From the human T2T-CHM13v2.0 reference genome, Homo sapiens: 64,000 nt of DNA. The position numbers and the translations under genes were made by a program. The notes beneath the pieces were generated by a model. It did no database searches. It was not told the DNA's origin and was given only the letters and a program-made list of their open reading frames with translations. The stretch lies in NCBI RefSeq assembly GCF_009914755.1, contig NC_060930.1; one strand, written 5' to 3'. Shown here in pieces: positions 13,691 through 25,840 of the stretch; position 1 is the stretch's first letter; each line of letters begins with the position of its first letter.

Positions 13691-16600
13691 TGTAAATACG
13701 TGGGTATGTATCCTTTTAAAAAATTGTCTGCCTGTGCTTCAGAGTAATATTTATCAGGATCTTAGGTTTATATTACCTCCTGATACAGAAAAAATATTGT
13801 GCCATTAAAATCATTCTCAAAACAGAATTGTACTCCTGCATCCTATTTTTTTCTCTTATCAACTATGAGAAATTTGTTCATAGAATCAGTGCTATTTTGA
13901 ATAAATTAGATAATTTTCTCTCCAGACCTATCCACGAAGCCAAAAGAGAGAAAGTCTCCTTGTTCTACTATTCCCTTTAAAAATATAACTTTCAGGATTT
14001 TTTTCCTCAAATACTCAGTGGCTAACAACCATGCTAAATATTTCTCTTTATCAGGGAGTCTTTGTAAGAGAGCAGCAGAAGTATGAATGGATTCATCCTT
14101 ATGGACAATAAAAATAACAAAAACAAGTGAGTGAACTGGAAAACAATGATATGACAGAAGGAAGAGTACATGGATTCAGAAAGAATAACAATAAGTATCT
14201 GGAAATAACAAGTATTTTCATTCTTATGTAGGGATTAACCACAATAGCAAATTAAGGAGCCTCCACAGTGGCTTGAAGTGCATTTTTCAGTGATAGCATG
14301 CGAGTTGGGAGACCTGGGTGCTGAGATTTGAAGGAGAAAGAAAGATATCAGTGGCCAAAATAAACTGCCACTATATATAGTAATAGTGCTAAAGGAGTTA
14401 TTATGTCTATTAGGAAATCAGTTAGATAATGTGCCAAAGGAAATGAAATGGAAACTTCTTATAACAGAGTAACTTAAAATTATGTCTGTATAATTTTCCT
14501 TTACTCTTGCTTTAGAAAACTTATTTTCATTTCTTCATTTTGGGAACCAAAAATTCAGTTACACAGATGTTCACAATTTTAAGATAAAAAAAACGTGAAG
14601 ATAGATCAATTTATCCTCCCAAATTACAATCAAAGCTAACTTAGTTTTCCAGGTGTTTGCTTATGGACTATACATATAAATCACCATAAATCAGGGTAGT
14701 TTTTCCACCATCATAAATGTATCTTCAGGACACTTCTAGAACTGAATTTAAATAGAAGAATTAAAACAAACAAACAAACCAAAAGCTCAAGATTGCTTGA
14801 TTAAATAAATTTAGATTTTTGCCTTTTAAATTTGTGTTTAAAAGATTACTAATGCAGATGACACCTTATCAAATGTGAGATCTTTTTTTTTCAGTTTCCA
14901 ATTTGTTGGGCTTCTGTAAGTGCATCACAAGTGAAATCAGTGGATCATTAATATTTACATTTAATGACTCTCTTTAAATATCAAATTGAATTTTTCCAAA
15001 TCACTTTCAATTAGATATATGACTATGCTTGTAAAATTCAAGGACTTTTGGAAAGATAGATTGGTTTCCAAACAAAACGCAGCACTTCTGGGTTATGTTT
15101 GAGTTGTTCAATGTCTTTGCTATCTCAGCTTATACCACAGTGGATAAGACTGGGAACTGATAGGAGGAAAGTCTTAAAATAATTCCAAAAAATATGATTT
15201 AATTTTAAAGTTAGGTATTGCAATGACCTTCCCTGCCTTTAAAATTGATAAGCATTAAAGTGTGTGTTAAGTAATGCTTGAGCTGAGTAGAGGACCAATG
15301 AGAACTAATTCCAGATAATCTATAATGTGTCAGATGTCTTTCATATAAATATATATGTATATTTATGTATATTTATACATAATATGTATATATACACAAA
15401 ATATAACTTTCATATAAATATATATGTATATTATGTATATATACATAATATATATAGTAACTTCTTATCTCAACTATAGTTTAACGTGAATTAATTATTC
15501 CCATCTTAACAGATAAAGAAATGAACTCATAGAACTTTAATCTAATATAGATGAACCAATACGCATTCACTTTTCAGTATATGCTAGTGACACTTAATCC
15601 CAGTTAAGGGTTTCATTCCACATTTTTGGCAAATAGACAGAAAGCATTTTCATAGTTGCCATTACTAGGTATGATGTTACTTTTCACCGGTACTTTTAGA
15701 GTGATTGCTTGCCTTTGCCAGCTCACACTGAAATAATCAAGTGTATGACTAATCAAAGAGATAAAGATGATTAGATTAATAATGCAAAGGGGGCAAAGTT
15801 GCCAGAATCGCACCTTTAGGTTCTTGTGTATTTTACATTAAAACCATAATTTAGAGAGCCATAAATTCGACCTTCCTTAGAGTAGCATCATGATACTAGT
15901 AAGCTAGTGTGCTTTAGCAACAAAAAAGCCTAACCAACTAAAAGAAATAATTAATTTTCTTGTAAGCTATTTTATTTATTATCTTTGTTTTGTTTACAGC
16001 TATTACAAATTTATGTAAACACGAGAATCAATGTAGTAACTAGAACTAGCGCTAGCTTACATTTGGGTAACTTATTGGCTTGTTGATAATAAATATACTC
16101 TAGTATAAAGAGAACATTTTCTCTATATTTGGACTGAAATAGCATAACTTTTGTGTAATAAATGAATCCTTCTTAATAAGGACACTAAGAATAATTCCCT
16201 GATGTACAGCATTGTATTTGTAGGGACTCCAAATCTCTGCCCAGAAAAATTGCAGCAAAGATGAATGAAATTATAAATAACATGAGTGAGAAGAAGTTAT
16301 CAGGGTACCAGGTCAGTCTATCTGGGCAGAGTGAGTCATCGCTTGATATCTGATTATTGAATGATGAAGCAGAAGGGGACCAGGCATTGAGGAGGAGGGC
16401 AGAGGGAAAGCATTCCCAGGAATCTAATTGAGGAGAAATCCCTGACAAGGAGTATTATAAATGATTCCTAAGATTTTTAATCCTAGAATGAGAGCTGCAT
16501 AAAATTTCAAACAGACCAGTCAATTTTAAACTTTCTATGCCCAATTAAAAAAACTGATCCTTAAAATAAAAGTTTACTTCTAACTATAAAAACAAGACCA

Positions 16601-16904
16601 TCTCAGAAAAATGTCAGGAGTGAGAAGATCACATAACAAAACATCCATTTTGGGTGTTAACTGAATTTCTATAATATAGTCTCAGTTAATATGATCAAAG
16701 TTTTCATTATTACTAGTTCTCAAAGGTGTCACAATTTTCATAATCTACACAGAGAAAAAGATTTATCTTAACAGCAGTGGAAATTGGAAACTTATCAATT
16801 ACATGCAAAGCTTTCTGCAAGAATGCCATCATAACAGCACCCTGTTGAGACGCCCCTGTTGAACCATCATCCATTTTGAGTCCTGATTGGTAGGAGAACA
16901 ACTT

Positions 16905-17110
16905 TTAGAATTAAGCTATCTTTTTTAGATTTCATGTCCTACCATTTGGAAAAGTTATTCACTTTCTCTGTCTCAATGTTCTCATCATCAAAATGGCAAA
17001 ATTATAATTCTTACCTCATAAAATTGTGGGAAATTTTTAAAAAAACTTCATGTATAATGTTTGATACAGCGCTTGACATAAAATTAACACTCACTTTATA
17101 TAAACTGTAA
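16905..17110 (+). mobile_element. MIR SINE (degenerate)
   Basis: aagttattcactttctctgtctcaatgttctcatcatcaaaatggcaaaattataattcttacctcata is a MIR core. Confidence 0.65.
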
Positions 17111-17234
17111 GTATTGTTGATTTTATTATGTTTTTATCCCTTCCACCCTCTTTGCAAAGAAAACTCTAAATGCAGAGGTTCATCTCTAGGGCTTTGGATT
17201 CTTAAAGATACGGCTCAAACTATGGCTCAAATTA

Positions 17235-17639
17235 TGCTATAGTCTGAATGTTTGTTTCTGCCTCAAATTTATATGTTGATATCCTAACCCCCAAGGCCTC
17301 ACCATGTAATACATCACCATCACCTTGGGTTGTTGGTAAAGGTGATGATGATGTGTTAGATGGTACGGCCTTTGGGATGTGATTTGCTAGGTCATGTGGG
17401 CAAACCCCTCATGACTGAGATTAGAGCCCTTATAATAAGAGGATTGAGAGATACCACTTACCCCTTTTGCCCCCATGTGAGTTTATAGTGAAAAGACTGC
17501 CATCTATGAATCAGGATTGGACCCTACTTAGACATTGAATAGGCTGGTGCCTTGATCTTATACTTCTCAGCCACCAGAACTATGAGAAATATATTTTAGT
17601 TGTTTATAAGGCACCCAGCAACCTTAATGGACTAAGACA
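17235..17639 (+). mobile_element. MLT1A/MLT1A0 solo LTR (MaLR)
   Basis: Starts tgctatagtctgaatgtttg, contains gccttgatcttatacttctcagccaccagaactatgagaaat, ends aatggactaagaca. Carries an internal inverted duplication (see findings). Confidence 0.85.
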
Positions 17640-17679
17640 ATCATGCTAATAATTAAATGACAATAGCAAGAGTTATGCC

Positions 17680-17830
17680 TCTTTGGTTCCAGTTTCCTCA
17701 TGTACAAAATGGTGATTATGGATAATTTATTTTACAGGGTTGTTGAAATGATAATATATGCTAAAGCACTTGAGGAATTTAGCACTGCGCCTGTCAGGCA
17801 TTTGAGTTCAAACTGGTAGCAATTACTGAG
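17680..17830 (+). mobile_element. MIR SINE fragment
   Basis: cagtttcctcatgtacaaaatggtg...cagggttgttgaaatgataatatatgctaaagcactt. Confidence 0.65.
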
Positions 17831-18529
17831 ACTAACATCTATCTCAGAAAGATAGATGCCCTTTTTGCCTACTTTTAAACACTTGAACAAAAGTAGTAAC
17901 TCAAGGAAGAGAAAGTTCTTTGATCTTCTGGATACTGTTAGTATACTCTTTACTTGTAAAAAAAGTTAAAAAGTAAACTTTTAAAATAGTGCAGCCCTGA
18001 AATTCTCATATCTTCCTCTGCTATTACTCATAGTATGTTTTTCTATGCTGAGAACTAAAAGGATATAGAAAAATTTAAGAATGATTTTGATACAGGTCAT
18101 ACTTAGAGGTCATAGTTCCTGAATACACACCCCTTCACCGACTCCTACCTCGTGATCTCAGTAATCTCATTCTCTCTCTTCCTATTCCTCTATGCCACCT
18201 TGAAGTAAAACCTGATAAAACTACAAATGCTCGATCTCTCAAATATAATCCATTCATGCTGGGATTAAAATGTTAAACTCAAGAAACGAAACTAACTGCA
18301 ATTCAACAAACAGATGGAATTCCACTATATAGCTGCAGGTAAGGAAACAACAAGACTTCAGTAGTCTCCAAAATTATATCTATCACTAAAATTGACTTGC
18401 ACAACAGAGTCTGATAATAGGGTCAGAATTATGGAATAGGAAGAACATAAATTGCAAGAGAAGATATCAAATGGCTTTTTGCTTTGCCTCAGTTTTTCTT
18501 CTCCAGTCTCATTTGTCTCTTATGAATAC

Positions 18530-18700
18530 TGAGTCCTAGGTTTGAATCATTTTCCCATTACTTGTTAGCTGCTAAATATAAGCAAGTAAAACGAGTAATC
18601 TAATCCTGTTTTCTTACCTATGAAATGCTTATTTCTAGTTTTTATTGTGAGCATATTCATGCATGGGTATGAAAGCACTTCTCAAGTGCTAGCTTAGTAA
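18530..18700 (+). mobile_element. MIR SINE fragment
   Basis: cctaggtttgaatc...acttgttagctg...ctgttttcttacctatgaaatg...atgaaagcactt. Confidence 0.55.
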
Positions 18701-19763
18701 TTATAAGGATGATGCTTTTCTGATCTGACTCTGGTAGAACTATATATCTAGACCTTACATTTTCCACTTCTTGAAAGTTGTACTCTTTGCCTCCCACTCT
18801 AGTAGAAAATTAAGAAAGTATTTTTGTAAAGGCAGCATGAAACATAATTTAAGACCTCAAAAATCAAACTAAACATTACTAAAGATTGAATGCAAAACCC
18901 TTATTTGGAAATATGTTGCTGTGAAAAGTTGTGTTCTGCTCTCTTTTCTTCATTTATAATTTTTCAGTCATTCAATAGTTGAATTCTGTTTTTATTTTTA
19001 CTCTTGTCCAGAAATTTTAAAGAAACTCTTGTGGCCCTATTGTAGGTTAGAAGTTGCTTAAAATAGAAATGAAGCTTCTCCAGATAGAGGTTTACAAAAG
19101 TGGAGATTCTTCTGCATTTCACCTCCCCCGGACTGGCAAGCTCTTTGTTTGTCAAACTTGTTTGTTGCTGTTTTTGCACCAGGCTTCCATTGCAGAAGCA
19201 CTGCTTTAGTGGAGGCCTGGAGAAGAGTAGGCAGATTGGCTAATTCTCCTCAATGTATACATTTCACCAAGGAAGTGACATTTTGTGAATTCTTCTTAGA
19301 TTTTGCCTGTTAAATAATGTTTAAATTTATATGTTATAAAATGGAGACAATTTTGAGTGGAAATGCCTTTGATCAAGGCATTAATGTGATAATCAAGTTT
19401 CAACTGGAATCAAGTTTGATGGAATTTCCTACTCATTCTTTCCCTGTCATAAATAATAATCACCCATTTGTTACTTAAACATATCTAGCTTTTATTATTC
19501 AGATCTGGTGTAAGACTATGAAGCCAGACATGTAGCTTTAACAGGGTACATTACAGTACTGTAATCTTAAAATTACAGGCATGCTTTTTATTTAACAGAT
19601 AAAGTAAATAGTACTCAGAAAAACTAAGAAGATAAGGGCTTTGTTCAAAGTGACACCAATGTGTGTAGCTACAAAACCAAACAGCAGTGCTTCACCATTT
19701 CCATTTCAGCACTTCCTGTGGCCTTTCTCCCTCTACAGCATGTCTTCTCCATTTCATTTCTTG

Positions 19764-20598
19764 TTGGTGTTGTCATTGAGTGCTCTGATCTGCAAGCATT
19801 TGCAGATAGCACACCATAGTGCATCATACTTGAATGTTTTCCTTTCTTGGTCTATTTCAAGAGGTATTTGTCTCATGTTTCTTTGATATATTATTTCATT
19901 AAGAGAAATTGTATTAGACAGGGTTCTCTAGAGGGACAGGACTAATAGGATATATGTACATATGAAGGGGAATTTATTAAGGAGTATTGACTCACATGAT
20001 CACAAGGTGAAGTGTCACAATAGGCTGGCTGCAAGCTGAGGAGTAAGGAAGCCAGTCTGAGTCCCAAAGCCTTACAAATAGGGAAGCCCGCAGCGCAGCC
20101 TTCATTCTGTGGCCGAAGGCCTGAGAGCCCCTGGCAAACAAATGGTGTAGGTCCAAGTGTCCAAAAGCTGAAGAACTTGGAGTGTATGATGTTCCAGGGC
20201 AAGAAGCATCCAGCACGGGAGAAAGATGGAGGCCAGAAAACGTAGCCAGTGTAGTTTTTCCACGTTCCTCTGCCTGCTTTCATCCTAGCTGTGCTGGCAG
20301 CTGATCAGATGGTGCCCACCTAGATAGAAGGTGGTTCTGTGTCTCCCAGTTCACTGACTCAAATGTTAACCTCCACTGGTGACACCCTCACAGATACACC
20401 CAGGAACAATACTTTCCATCATTCAATCCAATCGGGTTGACACTCAGTATTAACCATCACAATTGGTGTTGTCATCTAGTGCTCTGATCCGCAAGTGTTT
20501 GCAGATAGTGCAACAAACTTGAATGCTTTCCTTCCTTGTTCTGTTTCAAGGGGTATTTGCCCCATGTTTCTTTGATATATTATTTCATTATGAGAAAT
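19764..20598 (+). repeat. ~140-bp direct repeat flanking the MLT2A2 LTR (copies 19764-19909 and 20463-20598)
   Basis: Both copies run ttggtgttgtcat..gtgctctgatc..tttgcagatag..cttgaatg..ggtatttg..catgtttctttgatatattatttcatta.gagaaat; the second has a ~10-nt deletion. Confidence 0.92.
19910..20461 (-). mobile_element. MLT2A2-like solo LTR (HERV-L)
   Basis: tgtattagacagggttctctagagggacaggactaatagg ... gttgacactcagtattaaccatcaca; ~550 bp with TG...CA ends. Confidence 0.9.
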
Positions 20599-21382
20599 TA
20601 GCCACCGATGTTAGATTGACATACTAACATGGCTTCTAGAGAGCATGGTTCAGTGTTTTAAGAACTGATGGCTCACATATGTCCCTACTGACTTAAAATA
20701 TTAACTCTCAGAGAGTCCTTCAGGTAAGTCTCAAGTACCATTTCTGTTTTTCTGTTTTCTCCAACTACATGTATATCTGTCTGCATCTACTCTAAGCTAC
20801 AAAGAAAAGGATTCTGGATCTGCTCCATTTTTAATGTTCAATAAAATTGTATTACCTTATTCATAATTTTTTTATATTTCTTTATCTGTGAGGCATAATT
20901 AAATCCTTAGAAAAGCACTCAAAGCACTGAATTAATTATCAGGGATTCCACTTAGGCTGTAACCAGTGAGGAGGGGTATTCAATAACCATGTTTTCCTTT
21001 ATATCTTACCTCTCTTAATTCTTTTTCAAAATAAGTTAATCAGAAACCATTCATGCCAGGGAGGAGGAGAGAAATTAAGCATTTTTTAAGTGAAAAGGGG
21101 GGAGGAAAAGGCTACTATTCATAAATATTGCAGAAGATAGAGGAAGTAATACCTGTAGGGAACGTTATTTACTCAATGTAAAGTTCAAGTTAATACAAAG
21201 CGTATACTTGTATTCAGGATAAGTAATAGCCAATAAAAGCAATACAATGTTTTTTAATTGTTGAGTACTTATTTATGGACTAAATTGAATACAAGAATAT
21301 AACATGCAGATAGAATAGAGAAAAGTGATTTTATCTACATATGTCATATGCCATAGTTACAAAATTTCATGCCTTGGATTTT

Positions 21383-21939
21383 CACTTCTAGGGATATGGA
21401 ACAGACTTACTTTTCCGTGTTCTTCCTGCTAAGTATAACTAAAACTCCCTGGTATTGTGTGTAAAGGAAAAAGAAGATTTTGAACCATGAAGAGAAGAAG
21501 GTAGACCCACTAAACTAGTGACCTTGGGACCTGAGACATGATATGGTTGTTGAGTTCACTGGGTTTTGTTTTTCATCATATACTGCAGACAGGGAGCTAA
21601 AGAAGCCAGCAACCTAGAAATATGAACCAGTGCAGATAAAAAAATGCCTCCCCCAAAGTCTTTTATTCTTGCCAAAGAAATGGGAAGGAGGCAGCCTAGC
21701 AAGACAGGAAACTTTTAAACAGAAACCCCACGTGAAACAAAAACAAAAACAAAAACTCCTAAGCCGTCACCTCCACCCATGCCAGCAAAGTCTGAGGAGG
21801 GATCCAGTCTTGCAGGGCTGTAAGGAGGCACCCCTAATAGTACCATAGGTGTGGTCTCAGAGAAGGCCAAGTATGGAGCTGGGACTTTCATCCTTTCTGG
21901 CCCCATAGGGCACCCCCACTCCTGGAATTAGTAAAAACT
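21383..21939 (+). mobile_element. L1MC/L1MD-type 5' end (interrupted by Ricksha)
   Basis: cacttctagggatatggaacagacttacttttcc..ctaagtataactaaaa..gagaagaaggtagacc..gagttcactgggttttg resembles old L1M 5' ends; continues after 24590. Confidence 0.65.
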
Positions 21940-22149
21940 GGGCTCTGATCATGTTTCTGAAAGGCAAAACCCCAAATGCTGAAATCCCCAATGTTGAAAT
22001 CCTGAGAGATCAGAATCCCAAAAGATCAAAATTTCTGAAGTTTAAAATCCCTGATAACTAATCTCCCAAAAATCACAATCCTGAAGAATTAAAACCCCTA
22101 ATGTTAAAAGTCAAATCTTGGGGAAGGAATTCATGCATTTTCGGTGCAC

Positions 22150-22500
22150 AGGATAGTTGCATCATGTTAAATAGAACTATTACCTTGTTATTGTCTCATT
22201 TGGAAATTAAATATAATTTAAGAAGTTCTGTATGGGGTCAAGTATGGTGATAGTTGCATCATGTTAAATAGAACTATTACCTTGTTACTGTTTCATTTAG
22301 AATACAATTTAAGAAGTTGTGTATGGTGTCAAGTTGACAAGGGGTGCACTTGTGCACTTAATTTTAGGTGTGAATGTGACTGGATTAAGGAAGACCTAAA
22401 AACCTGGTAAAATATCATTTACGGTGTGTCTGTGAGGATATTTTCAGAGATTAGTGTGCGACTCTGAGTAGACTAGATGGGGAAGATCTGCCTTCAATGT
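22150..22500 (+). mobile_element. ERV-L 3' internal/PPT plus MLT2B LTR start captured inside Ricksha; includes a 97-bp tandem duplication
   Basis: gtcaagttgacaaggggtgcact|tgtg..aattttaggtgtgaatgtgactggattaagg..gtgtgtctgtgagg..gaagatctgccttcaatgt; repeat units start at 22152 and 22249. Confidence 0.75.
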
Positions 22501-23700
22501 CTCTAGTGTTTTAAAGATCACAGAAGAAGTGAAAATGCAGACAAAGAACACAAGGAATGTTCCTTGCCAAATTATTCAGTTGTGTATGACTTCTGCCCCT
22601 TCAACAGAGCACCATGCTTACCTTCAAAAAAATGTCCTTCATCTGAGAATAAAAAGAATTCCATAAGCTCAGTGACTTTTGAACCAGACACTTGCTGATA
22701 GAGAGGTTCCTCTACGTGTTACAAAACACATCAAATGGTGAACTATTCTTGGTTAGGGATTTGACTGTCAAAATATATGGGCTTCTTATATTTACCACTA
22801 ATCCTAACAGAAAAACTAGCATGTGTTGCACTTTGGCTAATAGATGGCACTTTAAAAATTCCTCGAGTTTTAATCAACTATATGCAATTCATGCACCTGT
22901 TGTACCTGAACATTTTAGGACTTATCTGCTCATTTATGTATTGATGACTGGAAAAGGTAAAGTATTCATTTGCTTATTTGAAGATTTGGTGGACTTCACA
23001 GAAAAAAAAAATAGATTTCACTTGAATCCCCGAACCATGACAGATTTGCAATTAGGTGGAATCAACATTTTTAAAAGTGAATTTCAATGTGTTACCAATA
23101 ACGTTTTTTCCTCATTCAGCCCAATGTATTTGATGGAAAATTCAAATGAGTGGATTGGCCATGCTATAGGGTGACAACAAAAACTTCAGTTTAAAAATGC
23201 TTTATTTGTCTGCATTGGCTTTCCTTCCACCTGAAGAAATTCTGGGAGCTTTCAATAAATTAAAGCCACATTTGCCTGAAGAAACCAGTGAAGTGACTAA
23301 TTACAAAGTAATTATGTGCCTGGCAGGATAAGAAAACATGCAGTGGTATTGCTGTTGTATCCCAGTACTGTTTTCACCAAATTTTTGGTCATTATTTGAG
23401 TATATGCAAAATAAATTTTCATATGCTGAAAACAGCATAGAAACATAGCACAGAAGATGGGAACATTTAAAAGGGAATGCTTGGTGTACAACAAATCATG
23501 GAAGAATTTCTAAAAGAGAAGCACCAACTAGAATATGAATGTGAATGTATTCTCTGAGGAGAGCCATACCCTGAAAAAAAAAAAAAGCGGCTCTTCATTG
23601 TGATGATGTAAGATTTCAAAATATAGTTGATGATAGTGAAAGTCAGTCAGCTCTTACAGACAACCTCTGTGCAAATTACCCATTGTCTGTCCCTGTAATA
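22501..23700 (+). pseudogene. Decayed MULE (Mutator-like) DDE transposase
   Basis: ORF 22692-23174 gives ELFLVRD..LLIFTT..QLYAIHAPV..LIYVLMTGK..LFEDLVDF..TMTDLQLG. Other frames give W-L-I-D-G-T (~22834), F-P-H-S-A-Q-C-I (CxxH region, ~23106), L-S-A-L-A-F-L-P (~23205) and N-S-I-E-T-*-H-R-R-W (~23430). Confidence 0.85.
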
Positions 23701-23791
23701 CACCTTATCACATGTCAATTTTTTTGGGGGGAAGGTTAAAATTTTTCTGTTTTTTATTTTTTTAAGGTTTTTTCTATTATTTTAAATTGTC

Positions 23792-23822
<31 letters not shown>

Positions 23823-24590
23823 GTAACACTTTGCTATGCTGTCTTTCATCCTTGCATCATTTCCAATACTGGAGGTATAAATTGTACAATGAAGACTTTA
23901 AGAGAGTTTTAATACGTTTTATGCATTTTTTTTTCAAATTTGACTCCACAAAAGTGCATTATCACAAAGCTAATTTTGTGTTCATGCACTGTGTGTGTAT
24001 GTAAAAATATTGAAACTTCCTTAATAAACGAAGAGATGTTCTTTTTGTCCATCTGCATTTGTGAAAGATAACATTTCTAGAGAGCTCTACTCTTTGGGCA
24101 ACTGCATATGTGGTGGTAAACCATCACAGTTTTTGATTGATCTTGTCAAAAGACTTAGGTTGTCTGTCACACTATTTCAGATGACAATTATTATAATATA
24201 AAATATAATATAAAAACTGCAATTATTATAATATAAAGTTGAGTACACACAACTGCCAACCACAGTGATATGGATGTATACAATTTTATTTTGACCTATA
24301 TCTTTATGAATATAGTTTGTCTGCTCATAACTTATACCCTTGAGACTGTTTATGCTTACAAAAATATGTTATTATTGCCTATTTTATTGTGTAAAGTGGC
24401 CTGTAAAGTGTTCTGTTGTGCTTTTATGTTTCTCAAATAAACCCCCTTTAAAGATATAAATAAGTGTCTTTTAAAAATTTGTAATATCATTTTTTCTAGA
24501 ATGATATTTTTGGGATTTTGATCTTCTGGAATTTCAACATTTGAGATTATGGTATCCAGGATTGTGACTTTTGAAATTACGGCTCTAACC

Positions 24591-25840
24591 TATAGAGGTC
24601 ATAAGTAGTGAGGTGCCCTTTTCTCTTCCCTTTAGGGTGGTCTCAGAGGAGGTCTACCAAAGAATCAGGATTTCATCATTGCTCAGGAGTAATGAGGCCA
24701 TTACAATGGATTTGAAGAACTCATGGCAAAAATGCTGCATCAAGAATTTATTGACATTGTTAAAACAAATAGAAAGCTTTAGAAAAATAAATAAAAACAA
24801 TAATAATAATAAAGTCTTAGTAAAGAAATGGAAGATATCAAGGAAAAACAAATGGAGAGAAGAACAATTGAGAATAAAAAGTTCAGTAGATGGGTACAAC
24901 AGCAAAACAGAGGGGAGGGAGGAAAAACTAGTAAACTACAAGGAAAAAAAGTGAAATTATTCATCTGAACAACAAAGGGAAAATTGACTGGAAAAAGTAA
25001 ATTGAGCCTCAGAAACCTATGGGACTATAACAATGATCTAATACTTGTAAATTAAACCACAAAGTGATATTATTGCACACCAATCAGAAGAACTAAAATT
25101 AAAAAATCATAACAACACCAAATGCTGGAAAGAAAGCAGAAAAACTAAATCATTTACACATTGCTAGTAGGAATATAAAATAGTACAGCCATTAAAAAAA
25201 TAGTTTGGCAGTTTCTTAAAAACTAAGTATGTAACTACCAAATCACATAGCAATTGCAGTGTTGGACATTTATCTCAGAGACGTAAAGACTTGTCTTTAA
25301 ATATCTGTACATGAATGTTTATAGCAGCTTTTTTTTTTTTCTTAATAGTCTCAAACAGAAAACAACCCGAATATCCTTCAATGGATTAATTCAACACACT
25401 GTGGTATATCCATACTGTAGATTACTAGTCAGTAATAAAAAGGAAAAAAATTCTGATGCATGTAACAACCTGGATGAATCTCCAGCAAACTAAGCTAAGC
25501 AAAAAAAGCTAATTGCAAAAATTTACACATTGTGTGATTCTGTTTATATAAAATTATTGAAATGGCAAAATTATGGAAATGAATAGATTATTGGTCACCA
25601 GGAATTAAGAAGGATGAAATGAGTATGGCTACAAAAAATCAACAGGAGGGATCTTCGAGGTGATGGAAATATTCCGTATCTTCACAGCATCAATGTCAAC
25701 GTCCTGGTTGTGATACTGTGCTATAGTTTTGCAAGGTGTTATCATTGAGGGAAACTTGGTGATGAGTACACATGATCTCTCTCTCTATTATTTCTAACAG
25801 CTCCATGTGAGTATCCAATTATCTAAAAATTTTAAAAAAG
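24591..25840 (+). mobile_element. L1MC-type remainder: ORF1 piece joined at ~25045 to ORF2 end and 3'UTR
   Basis: gagcctcagaaacctatgggactataaca (ORF1) then aaattaaaccacaaagtgatatt...ggtgatggaaatattccgtatctt...ctatagttttgcaagg (L1MC 3'UTR); A-rich end. Confidence 0.75.

Larger units (their letters stand above)
21940..24590 (+). mobile_element. Ricksha (MULE/MuDR) DNA transposon with both TIRs
   Basis: Left end gggctctgatcat...aatgttgaaatcctgagagatcagaatcccaaaa is inverted at the right end ttttgggattttgatcttctggaatttcaacatt...ctctaacc. Repeated aatccc subterminal motifs; internal MULE transposase and ERV-L/MLT2B piece. Confidence 0.88.

Noticed and set aside
15338-15460. AT-rich repeat with duplicated ctttcatataaatatatatgtat
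   Set aside because: Ordinary degenerate (TA)n microsatellite slippage.
20718-20728. Perfect CAG|GTAAGT donor (also CAG|GTAAGG near 18336 and an acceptor near 49727)
   Set aside because: No convincing partner site or reading frame; isolated splice motifs are expected by chance.
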